A stretch of 36,230 nt of DNA from positions 1-36,230 of the forward strand of contig JAADVB010000202.1 of assembly GCA_023334545.1 (NCBI GenBank). The letters are read 5' to 3'. Positions 1 through 8,729 of the stretch are shown piece after piece (position 1 is the stretch's first letter; each line of letters starts with the position of its first letter). The position numbers and the translations under genes were made by a program. The notes beneath the pieces were generated by a model. The model made no database searches, had not been told where the DNA came from, and was given only the letters and a program-made list of their open reading frames with translations. The stretch is from Salisapilia sapeloensis CBS 127946 (lineage: Eukaryota > Protista > Oomycota).

Positions 1-141
1 AACTTTGACAAGATGCAGGAGATGGTGTTGCAGAACGTATCGACGGAGGAGGACTTGAAGCGGCTCTTTGCCAACCTCCAGAACGCCATCAAGACGAACT
101 CTCCGTCGCGGTCGAGTGGAGATGTGCAGGACGCGTACTAG
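1..141 (+). CDS. 3' end of an unidentified gene (partial, runs off window start)
   Basis: Frame 1 is open from base 1 (NFDKMQEMVLQNVSTEEDLKRLFANLQNAIKTNSPSRSSGDVQDAY) to TAG at 139-141. It is GC-rich and coding-like, followed by an AT-rich stretch and a convergent gene. Confidence 0.6.
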   Translation, partial: NFDKMQEMVLQNVSTEEDLKRLFANLQNAIKTNSPSRSSGDVQDAY

Positions 142-286
142 CTGTATTTTAAAGGGGCCCGCCTCGGCGGAAGACGTGTATCAAGTACAAATAGGTGCTA
201 TTTAGCTCAAGCAAAACATAAATACATGATCGTAATTATTATCATCAACCGAGGTGACTTTGTCGATTTTGTTAAGATATGCTTGC

Positions 287-2851
287 TCACGTCTCTACCT
301 CGTTGTTGGACACTCTGCCGTGTTCTACAACGATCTGATTTTCGATCCAGGATGTGATCACTTGATGCTTGTCGCCCTGCAGCTTCTCGATTTCACGTCG
401 ATACTCGTCTACCTGCCGTTTATAAAGCTGTCGGTCGTCTTCCATGCGCCGCATTTGGTCCTTCTTGCTCCGAAGGGTTTGACGAAGAGCATCCACTTGC
501 TGTGCCACTTCTCCTCCGGGCTGTCTCGCCAGGATAGCTCGAAGTTCCACGTACAGTTTCTCTTTCTCCAGTATCATCAAGTCCTTACTGGTGACCTCAT
601 CGTGCTTCTTTAGCATATCTCTCTGAAGTCGCTGAAGCTTCTTGATTAGCTCCATTCTCGCAGGATCACTACCCTCCAACTTTCTCCATCGATGAACGTT
701 CATCGGTCGATCCAACTCTTCTGACAGCGCTCGGATTCTACTCTTTTCTTCCATTAGCTCCTTTTCGAGCGCCACCAGCTCTCTCTGCAGCGAATCTTCA
801 TGCTGCAGCTGGCCCCCTGTGATGTCTCTCTCCTTTGTCAGCGTCTGTATCCTCTTTTGCAGATTCTTCACTTCCTCTCGCTTGCCTTCGAACTGCTTAC
901 GTCCTCTACCAAGAGTCGATTGCTGGATCTTAAGCTTCTCATATAGAGCACGTAGCTCCTCGTGCCTCTGCATCAATTGGCGTCGAAGAGCGTCTCGGTC
1001 ATGTAGCACAGCCTTCAGCTCTTTCTTCTGTCTCGCAGCCTCTTCTTCGGCTTCCTGGATGAGCCGAGAAAGCTTCGCTACCTCTGCTTCTTGATTCGTA
1101 AGGAGCTGTTCGCTAGATGTAATCTGCTTGCGGATGCGAAGTAGCTCATTTTTTAACAGCTCTCGCTCTTTATCGACTCGGTGATGCTCAAAATGCTCTT
1201 TTACAAGCGCGTGGTCTTTTGCCGTGATCTCTTCCTTGAGCTGCTCAATCTGATGCTGAAGCATCTTGAACTGTCGCTTGAACGTAGCCATCTCGGCCTG
1301 GGTTTCCACGAGCTGCTTGTTGTACGCATTCCTATCAGCACGGACAGACTCGTACAAAGACTGCTGCTGCTTCAGTCGAGACTCGCTTTCAGTGATTTTC
1401 AATTGGAGAGTTTGGACCTGTATGTCTTGTAGCTTGGACTCTTCCATGGCGGTCAGAAGCTTTTGACTCGCCTGTTGTGCTTCATTCTCGTATTTGTCTC
1501 GGTCGCCAGCCAGCGTTTGCAACTTGCCACGCAGCGACTTCACCTGCGACTTAATTCCGTTGATCTCGTTCGTCACATTCTTTAAAGTATTCTCACGTAT
1601 GCGACACAGATCCTTTGTCGCTTGCGAACGATCCTGCGCACGCACAATCATCTTGTTCAGGACTTCCCGCTCGCGACGCATTTCATCCAGTCGCTTGGAT
1701 GCGATGTCGACTTGCCTGTTCTCGGTTTCCAGCTCCCCATTCACGACAGCCGTTAACTCCATTTTCAACTTGGCCTTTTCATCTTCACAAGCAGTCCGGT
1801 CGTGCTCCACCTGCTTCAACCTGTCCGTTGTGACCGCAACAAGTGCTTCGATCTTGGCGGCTTCTTGGCCTATAATCTCTACCTCCTTATCCTGTGCTGA
1901 CAGCCTGTCATCCAACTCTTTGTTCAGCTTCTCTAACTCGACATTCTTCTGCCACTGACCTTGCATGGCTTCCGTCAGCGAGTGCGTCGTGCGAAACAAC
2001 GAGTCGTAGTCTTTCAAGTACTTTTCCATGCTGTGCTTGGCCTCTCGCATAGCCTTGTCCTTGCTCGACAGACTCTCCTCACCTTCCTTCACCGTCTTCT
2101 CCTTTGCCTGGATGTCCACCATGAGCGATTCGAGGTTCTGCTTTGCCACCCGTAGCTCTCGCTCTAGACCAGCCTTGCGCCTTGCTTGTCGCTCCGTCAG
2201 TTTCTGCTTATCCTTTGTTTCGTGCGCTGTCGTTGCATCCAGCTCCAGTAGATTCGCGTTGCGTGTTTCATCTTCGACAACGAGGTCGTACAGGTTGCTG
2301 ACTTCTCTACGAAGATCTTGCAACGCCTGCGTTTTCGCCTCGAGCTCTAGTCCGTTCTCTCCTCTTTGCTTTTTCAGGTTCTCCAGTTGACTTTCTTGCT
2401 CGCTCGTCAAAACGACGTCGTCCACGACACTGCCATCCGTCGTCGGATAATGCATCGACGACACTTCTTCTTCCAGCGCAGCTAACTCCTTACGTAGCTC
2501 TGACAAGCGGTTCTTCTTTTCGAGCTCGGACTCATTAGCAAGAGCAACCTGCTGCTGGATGGCTTCGAGCTCTGCCATGGACCGTCGGCGTTGGAGAGCA
2601 GCAGCTGTCTCATCTTCTTTGTCGCGCTGGAGAGCGGCCTCACTACTCTGCAACTCCGCCACAAGCTCTTGGCCTCGCATTGTCAAACGTTTCTCGCTCT
2701 CTTGAGACTTGGTGAAAACGTCGAGTAGCTTTAGAAACTCATGCTTGTACGCGGAAGCTGATGCTGGGAGTGTGCCTGCTTCCTCCTGCATCTCTTCCAT
2801 GAACGCCGCGACGTCCTCTTCATTCGCTTCCGCCATAATGCTTTGCTCCAT
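287..2851 (-). CDS. CFAP58: Cilia- and flagella-associated protein 58-like coiled-coil protein (intronless, 854 aa)
   Basis: Long coiled-coil ORF with the CFAP58 C-terminal hallmark ELDRPMNVHRWRKLEGSDP and ILEKEKLYVELRAILARQPG. Also has the N-terminal KSQESEKRL and central ALVKEHFEH motifs. Confidence 0.85.
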   Translation of the reverse strand: MEQSIMAEANEEDVAAFMEEMQEEAGTLPASASAYKHEFLKLLDVFTKSQESEKRLTMRGQELVAELQSSEAALQRDKEDETAAALQRRRSMAELEAIQQQVALANESELEKKNRLSELRKELAALEEEVSSMHYPTTDGSVVDDVVLTSEQESQLENLKKQRGENGLELEAKTQALQDLRREVSNLYDLVVEDETRNANLLELDATTAHETKDKQKLTERQARRKAGLERELRVAKQNLESLMVDIQAKEKTVKEGEESLSSKDKAMREAKHSMEKYLKDYDSLFRTTHSLTEAMQGQWQKNVELEKLNKELDDRLSAQDKEVEIIGQEAAKIEALVAVTTDRLKQVEHDRTACEDEKAKLKMELTAVVNGELETENRQVDIASKRLDEMRREREVLNKMIVRAQDRSQATKDLCRIRENTLKNVTNEINGIKSQVKSLRGKLQTLAGDRDKYENEAQQASQKLLTAMEESKLQDIQVQTLQLKITESESRLKQQQSLYESVRADRNAYNKQLVETQAEMATFKRQFKMLQHQIEQLKEEITAKDHALVKEHFEHHRVDKERELLKNELLRIRKQITSSEQLLTNQEAEVAKLSRLIQEAEEEAARQKKELKAVLHDRDALRRQLMQRHEELRALYEKLKIQQSTLGRGRKQFEGKREEVKNLQKRIQTLTKERDITGGQLQHEDSLQRELVALEKELMEEKSRIRALSEELDRPMNVHRWRKLEGSDPARMELIKKLQRLQRDMLKKHDEVTSKDLMILEKEKLYVELRAILARQPGGEVAQQVDALRQTLRSKKDQMRRMEDDRQLYKRQVDEYRREIEKLQGDKHQVITSWIENQIVVEHGRVSNNEVET

Positions 2852-2949
2852 GTTGCCGAAAAGTATTTATGGTATCGAAACTCTTTCTCGTTGATGGAAC
2901 ATGGATATATTTGGCTCGGAAGGGTCATTCTACTTTGCTACACAGCCTG

Positions 2950-4790
2950 CCGCGTGATACTCATGCTCTCCATATTCGTATTGAAAGCATGGTAATCTTA
3001 AAGAATCATGGAAACTTTAACGGTTTACCGACTGCTTGATGAGCAAGTACGAGAAGCACAACTTCATTCTGACCCAGCATGGCGTTCGCTGCGAAATGGC
3101 GTCAAGTCCGATCCGTTTGCTCTCATTGCAAACAAATGATCTTGATACAAAAGTAAGAGACCTCGAAAGGTACTTTTCATGGATATGCACATCTCTGCTT
3201 GCAGATCTTAGTAGAAATTAGGATCTGTAGCTACCATTGTCTACGCTCTGGGGCCTCGTGAATAAACGCAGTAGTGAGTCATCATCTCATTACTGTCAAG
3301 TTTCGCACCTACGCGTTTCCATTGTCGAGAAGCATGTATCGCTTAACTTTTCACCACATTATGCAGTGGCATTTACAGCCGGGCTGCATGTAGATCTCGG
3401 CATGATAGCAAGTTAAGCTTGAGGTACAAATCCCACCCGCTTTTAGCTTCACGCCATGCCTTGAACATCTCTGTCGAGTGTGCTCTTATTTCAACTTAGG
3501 GTCTGTAGCATGGATCCAATCTGTTGTTGCGAACTGTATGGATGTATCTTACTTTTGTGACACCATGGCACGCACTAGAGCGATGCTATCAGGGAGCTAG
3601 GATTCATCGTTGTCTCTCAAGAACTGAGATGCATGATTTATCGATTTGAGTTTCATTGGACTCTACACACGAACGATATATTCTATTGTAGCTTTCGTGT
3701 CCCTTTCACGTTTTATTTGGCCAGAGTAGAGCGTAGCCGAAGCGAAGGTAATTTGGCAAGAATGTGCACAGATATTTGGCATGCGTAATTTATTCTTTAT
3801 TTCTTCTTGGAAAGTTCAAGTCTATTAAATATTGCTCGATATTGTCTTGTCTTTTCACTTAAGTATCTTTCAACGATGAGCTATGCCTTGCCGTGCTACA
3901 TTCGATGGCTGTACATGCAATTGTTCGCACAATTAAGATAATGCTGAAGCTGACATAGGCAGATCAAACATCGCTTCCGAATTGACCTCAGTCTTTCCAA
4001 GTACAAATCCTGATACAGCAGGTAGAGTGAACGGCTAGTACACTCGCAGAGTCGCCATACACTGATCTACAAGAATGCGCCGCCATAGCTAGTCATAGCA
4101 ATTTGGTGAGCTTTCTGCCGAATGGCATATCGAGCAAAGTTGAGTGCGCGCACAATTATTTTACACGTAGTGCGACTCACTACATCCAAAATCGACGTGA
4201 TAGCAGATACTAACGCTCTGATGAGACTGTAATGAATACTACAGCATCGGCAATGACTAGTTGGGAGTAGTAAAACATCTTATGATCTCCATACTTCCAC
4301 GAGATCGCCCAAGCAGTCTGTAGGGTGTTTAAAAGCTCTCTATGCTTCAACTGTCCGCATAAAGAAGTCTCGTGAAGAGCGCATTGTCTCTCACATGAAG
4401 CGGAGATCTTCTAACCGATGACAAACCGGTGTGCGTTTTCTGCTCTCGTGCTCCGTACACCTCAAGGATGCTCTCCACCAATTTCGGTTCCTTGCCTCTG
4501 ATGCAGTGTTTGTAGCGCAATCGAACGATGTTGTCGGCCGCAGATCGACCAGTGTCTTTGTCGGTTGGAAAGGTTTTTGTTCAGGTGTAGTCGAACAATA
4601 GGCGTATTAGCGGCAGTGCTTTACAAAGGCAGGACCGGAGCAAGTCAGGTCCGAGTGATGGCAAGTCTCGATTGCATTGAAGCTGCTGCTCCTCGTCTGA
4701 TCGGGCTGCTTGTGCCGATGGTCACTTGGGTCCGACTGGCCTTTGAAGATCGCGGCGTTACGCTCTTTTCCAGGAGCGCAGTTTGACTTG
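2950..4790. other. ORF-poor, lower-GC degenerate tract, possibly a decayed transposon
   Basis: About 1.8 kb with stops in all frames and AT-rich patches (e.g. 3781-3860), in a region where other intergenic gaps are mostly 60-500 bp. There is only a weak minus-strand echo of a hAT dimerisation motif (SSACHGVTKVRYIHTVRNNRLDP, about 3510-3580). Confidence 0.3.
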
Positions 4791-4802
4791 AAGTTTGTAT
4801 AG

Positions 4803-5918
4803 TTGTTGGCCGAGAGCTCTTTACGTTCAAAAGCGAGAAAGAAGGACGGTATGAGTCGCGAAGAGCGGAAGATGCAGCAGATCATCGCGCTGATCGAGCG
4901 AGACGGCGGGCGCGGAGGGAAGAAGAGCAAGAACGGCGTCAGCAAGCGCTCGGGTCTGTCGAAGAAACTCAAGAGCAAGTCGGGCTCGAGCAAAGGAGAC
5001 GAGAGCTCGACTGCCGACACAGACCGCTTTCTTCCTCTGAAAAAGAGGTGGATACAGGAATGGAAGGAGGAGATGCAGCAGATGGAAGAGGAGCAGGAAA
5101 TGAAGCAGGCACAGGACGAGGAGATGCAGCAGGAGCAAGAAAAGGAGGCGCAGGAGCCTCAGAAAGAGGACGTGCAGGAAGCAAAAGCGGATGAGATGGA
5201 GCAGGTGAAAACAGACAAGGTAGAGCAGGTACAAGCAGAGGAGGGGCAGGCGAAGGACGAAGAGGAAAAGCGCGAGAACCCTGCGCTACGCGTGACACCT
5301 CCAGTCGCCACTCCCCACTCGCACCTGTCTCCTCCGAAAGGAGAGGGTAGTCCGACGCCTGTGTCCATCAGCCCAACGTCGAAGACCAAGGACACAGAGT
5401 CCAGCGCCCCTTCCAATACATCCGTACAGACTAGCTCGACCAGCACGACGACTGTCGTGTCGAAACCCATGTCGTTTGCGACTGGGAAGAGTGAAGAGTC
5501 TAATCCACGCACACCGTCCGAGTCTTCTTCCGGTCAGAAACGGAGTCTACCGGAGGCTCCTCTCAGTCCAGACGCGCTCCGGAGGGCAGAGCGACGTCGA
5601 AAGCGCAAGTCCAATTGGGACTTGGGCGATCCAAAGCTAGACCCGAATGCCGACGTCAATTCGGACGTTCCTCCGCCCATTGGGACGAACTTCCATCCAT
5701 CTCTATTCAATGGCCGGCTGCCTTCCGGTCGACCTGGGTGGCGACATAGCTACAGTATGCCGTCTGCCGATCCGGACGGGAAGGCGTTCGGGAAAGGCTT
5801 TGGGAACGCCTCGCGGAGAAGTAGCTTCCGTCATCACTCGGTCGATCGGAATCGATCGTCTTCAGAGAATGGGCGAAGGCGTCCGCCAAGTGATCACGCA
5901 GAGGACCATGTGCGGTAG
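4803..5918 (+). CDS. Low-complexity, probably nuclear protein with Set3/UpSET/MLL5(KMT2E)-tail-like motifs; 5' end uncertain (ATG 4851 or splice acceptor at 4802)
   Basis: 371 aa ORF with SREERKMQQIIALIER and LPLKKRWIQEW, resembling the REERK and KKRW motifs of the KMT2E/SETD5/Set3 family. Also has K-rich NLS-like segments, an E/Q-rich tract and RRKRKSNWD. It is preceded by acceptor-like ttgac...tttgtatag. Confidence 0.6.
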   Translation: MLAESSLRSKARKKDGMSREERKMQQIIALIERDGGRGGKKSKNGVSKRSGLSKKLKSKSGSSKGDESSTADTDRFLPLKKRWIQEWKEEMQQMEEEQEMKQAQDEEMQQEQEKEAQEPQKEDVQEAKADEMEQVKTDKVEQVQAEEGQAKDEEEKRENPALRVTPPVATPHSHLSPPKGEGSPTPVSISPTSKTKDTESSAPSNTSVQTSSTSTTTVVSKPMSFATGKSEESNPRTPSESSSGQKRSLPEAPLSPDALRRAERRRKRKSNWDLGDPKLDPNADVNSDVPPPIGTNFHPSLFNGRLPSGRPGWRHSYSMPSADPDGKAFGKGFGNASRRSSFRHHSVDRNRSSSENGRRRPPSDHAEDHVR

Positions 5919-5978
5919 TGGTGTCTGTTTTCTAAGTTGGAACATGCAAAAGGGTTTTTGTATTACATTTGGAATTAG

Positions 5979-6665
5979 TTAAGCGGCCTGGGAGGAGGGC
6001 GAGAGAGGAGGACGGGGCGCTTGAAGCACGCCCATCAGGTCCTTGCGTCGGTGTTTGTTGGCTGGTAGGCATGAAATGTCCGGATACCTCTTCTCGACCA
6101 CGGAGGAGAAAGCCTGGTTCTCGATCATCTGCGCCTCGCAGAGCTCGGTCGTGGCCGACACTCGACGCACTGCTCGAGAGATGCTGGACTGCACCGCCGA
6201 CGCGCTCACGAAGGCGACGGTCGAGTAGAACTGGAGGCCATCCACCACTGTCAGTGGTGTCTGCAAGTGTTTTGACGGCGCCGAGAAGTCTCCCGAGAGA
6301 GCAAAGTCAGTAGACGCCTCGATGGACTCGTTGACTTCGGATTCGGTGCTTTCGTCTTCAAAGGAATCGTCCGAGTAATCGTCGTCGTCCGACTCGCTGT
6401 CTCGCCACGTTCTCTCAGTCACATCATCGTACGTTTTGTCTTCGTTGGCGAGAAGAGGTAGGCCAGTGAGCCCCAGCAGAGCAGTGCCGAGCGGCTGAAG
6501 CATGTGCACAATAGATTGCTTTTTAAGAACTGGTTGCCGAAGGGAGTTGTAGTCGTTCACACAGCGCCTGTCCTTCTTTGCGACGCGATCGACGCCGAGG
6601 CATGCGAGACATGCCACCCCAAGCGTCAGGAGGCTTGCGACAGCCAATAAGAAGGATATATCCAT
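5979..6665 (-). CDS. Hypothetical protein with N-terminal signal/TM anchor and acidic tract
   Basis: Probable start MDISFLLAVASLLTLGVACLACLG (ATG at 6665) within ORF 5979..6881. Contains a D/E/S-rich central segment and converges tail-to-tail with the 4803 gene. Confidence 0.6.
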   Translation of the reverse strand: MDISFLLAVASLLTLGVACLACLGVDRVAKKDRRCVNDYNSLRQPVLKKQSIVHMLQPLGTALLGLTGLPLLANEDKTYDDVTERTWRDSESDDDDYSDDSFEDESTESEVNESIEASTDFALSGDFSAPSKHLQTPLTVVDGLQFYSTVAFVSASAVQSSISRAVRRVSATTELCEAQMIENQAFSSVVEKRYPDISCLPANKHRRKDLMGVLQAPRPPLSPSSQAA

Positions 6666-6867
6666 GGCGTCGGTTATCTTGTCAGGAGCAGATAAGACTG
6701 GAAGTGTGGCACCGCAGCGGGAGGGAAGATGGAGGAGAGTGCAAGCGTGCGGTCTTGAAGCGCCGTGGAAGGGAGGCGGCCTTTGAAGATTGGAATGAAA
6801 CGGTCGGCGAAGAGGCGACCTTGACGCGAACTGAACGAAAAAGTAACTGCTTTCGGGGCGGAACATA

Positions 6868-7240
6868 ATGCACGTTGACATGGCGTGGAAGCAGACGCAG
6901 CTATTGCTCGAAAATTATGGCTGGCGTATCCTTTCAGTCCTCGTCCTCAGCATAACCGCGTGGAGGTACTACCAGAGCTATGCTTTGAAACGAGCGAGGG
7001 AGCAGTCGTACCGGGAAGCTACGGGTGAGTTTGCGTTATTTCTTCTGCGTTTGCACTACCTGGCGTGCCTCTTGGGAGACTTGCGTGCTGGATCGTGATC
7101 AAGGTCGGAACTTAACTTGTTGTCTTGTAGCTCCGGAGCGGGTGGCAGTCCTGGATAAGGAGCGCGACCGCGTGCGCAGACTGCAGCAAGATCAGCTCCA
7201 TCAGCAGCGACCATCTCGTCGGCGAGCTCCACCTTCCTGA
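6868..7240 (+). CDS. Selenoprotein S (SelS/VIMP)-like single-pass membrane protein; exons 6868-7024 and 7131-7240
   Basis: GTGAGT donor at 7025 and cttaac...ttgtag acceptor at 7130 join in phase 1. The product has LENYGW followed by a TM helix, then APERVAVLDKERDRVRRLQQDQL, like the SelS YGW motif and helical p97-binding region. It ends RPSRRRAPPS-TGA. Confidence 0.6.
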
Positions 7241-7583
7241 GGACTTGATGGGTTCGTCAGTGTGTCTCAAGCGTAGGTTCGAAGTGTCCAGCGCAGAACT
7301 GAGTCCACTAAAGAGAATACAGGCGTCAGCATCCAAGGATGGAAGACAGCATTGTCGTCGAAATTTGTAAAGTAACGTTGCTACCGTGCCTGACACTTTG
7401 CAGAAGGAAAGCGGCTTGGGATGAGTTGTGCGTTGATAGCCGTCTCCGTTCGTCTTGTTGAGTTCGTGGAAGATCTTGGTGGGTGCATTTCGATCGAGAA
7501 GTAGGCTTCAAGTTGAAGTGCCGCTTCAGTCGTACCATGAGAGTACCATATTCTGAGAATTTCGATTTGCTTCAGCAGGGAAA

Positions 7584-8643
7584 ATGGGCAAAGCAGACAC
7601 CGCTGTGGCGAATGTCCTGGGCGTTGATGCCGCCAGGACTAGGATAAAGTCCGCTGGGGGCGGAGGATGCTCCTCTGCTTCTACCAGCCGCGTAACGGCG
7701 ACTGCGGACGATGGGAGTGAAAAGACGTATTTCATGAAAACGGCGACGGGCTCCGATGGGCGGGCCATGCTCGAAGGTTTCTATTATAAGCTACTCTGTA
7801 ACTCATACCGGTTCGCTAAAAAGGAAATGAACAGGTGAAGCTGCGTCACTGCGTGCAATCCACTCTATCGTGCCGTCGTTGTGTCCCAAGGTCCACGGCT
7901 CGGGCTTTCTCGACAGCTCTCGGTCGACATACTTTATGATCAGTGACTTTTTGTACCTCGGTCCGCGCTCCATGTCCAACCAGCACGAGTTCAGTCGACC
8001 AATGTCTTTGGCGGAAAAGCTAGGCAGACTCCACACGACGGAGGCTCCTGTGCCGGACGGATATGATCGACCGATGTTTGGCTTTCCAGTCCCGACAGCC
8101 TGCGGGGACACGCTGCAGCTGAACAACTTTCGAGAGGACTGGGCAGACTTCTTTGCCTATGAGCGTCTGCAGTTCATCTTGGAAAAAGGCGAGAAGCACC
8201 AGGGTACGGATCGGCAGCTGGAGGAACTTGGACAAGAGGTAATTGAGAAGGTGGTTCCGAGGCTTTTGGGGAAGGACCACTTGAATGACGGCAAGGGCGT
8301 GACGCCAGTGGTCGTGCATGGCGATTTGTGGAGCGGTAACTGTGGTGTCGGGAGCATCGGCAGCGAGAGTAATCCGCCAGAGCAAGTGGTGTTCGACTCG
8401 AGTGCCTGCTACGCGCACAACGAGTACGAGATCGGCATCATGTGGATGTTCTCCGGTTTTTCCAAACGGTTCTGGGAAGAGTACCATGCGATCTGTCCTA
8501 AGACGTCGCCCGAGAGCGAGTACGACGACCGCATCCGTCTGTACGAGCTGTACCACATCCTGAACCACTACGCTCTCTTCGGCAGCGGATACAAGCGCCA
8601 AGCCATCTCGAGCATGAAGTCTCTCCTGCAGAAGTACGGATAA
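7584..8643 (+). CDS. FN3K: Fructosamine-3-kinase / ketosamine kinase; exons 7584-7776 and 7835-8643
   Basis: A 58-nt phase-1 intron (7777-7834) restores FMKT...MLEG-EAASLRAIH. Contains FGFPVPTACGDTLQLN, catalytic VVHGDLWSGN, VFDSSACYAHNEYEIG and LYELYHILNHYALFG. Confidence 0.92.
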
Positions 8644-8729
8644 GAGGCTAGTTTGTCTGTCGAATTAGACACGTATGAAACCAAATACAATTGAATGGCG
8701 ATAATAAGAAAAAGCTATGTTGAGATCCT

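Noticed and set aside
5060-5270. Imperfect GAGATGCAGCAG-like repeats
   Set aside because: They encode an E/Q-rich low-complexity protein tract; there is no spacer structure, so this is not a CRISPR array or satellite.
7385-7425. SECIS-like candidate CUGA-N10-AA...GA downstream of the SelS-like gene
   Set aside because: The helix above the putative core does not base-pair and the 5' base is C rather than A/G; it is not a credible SECIS by eye.
7505-7530. Short hairpins or palindromes (cttcaagttgaag; tgaagtgccgcttca)
   Set aside because: They are too short to exceed chance expectation and no function can be assigned.
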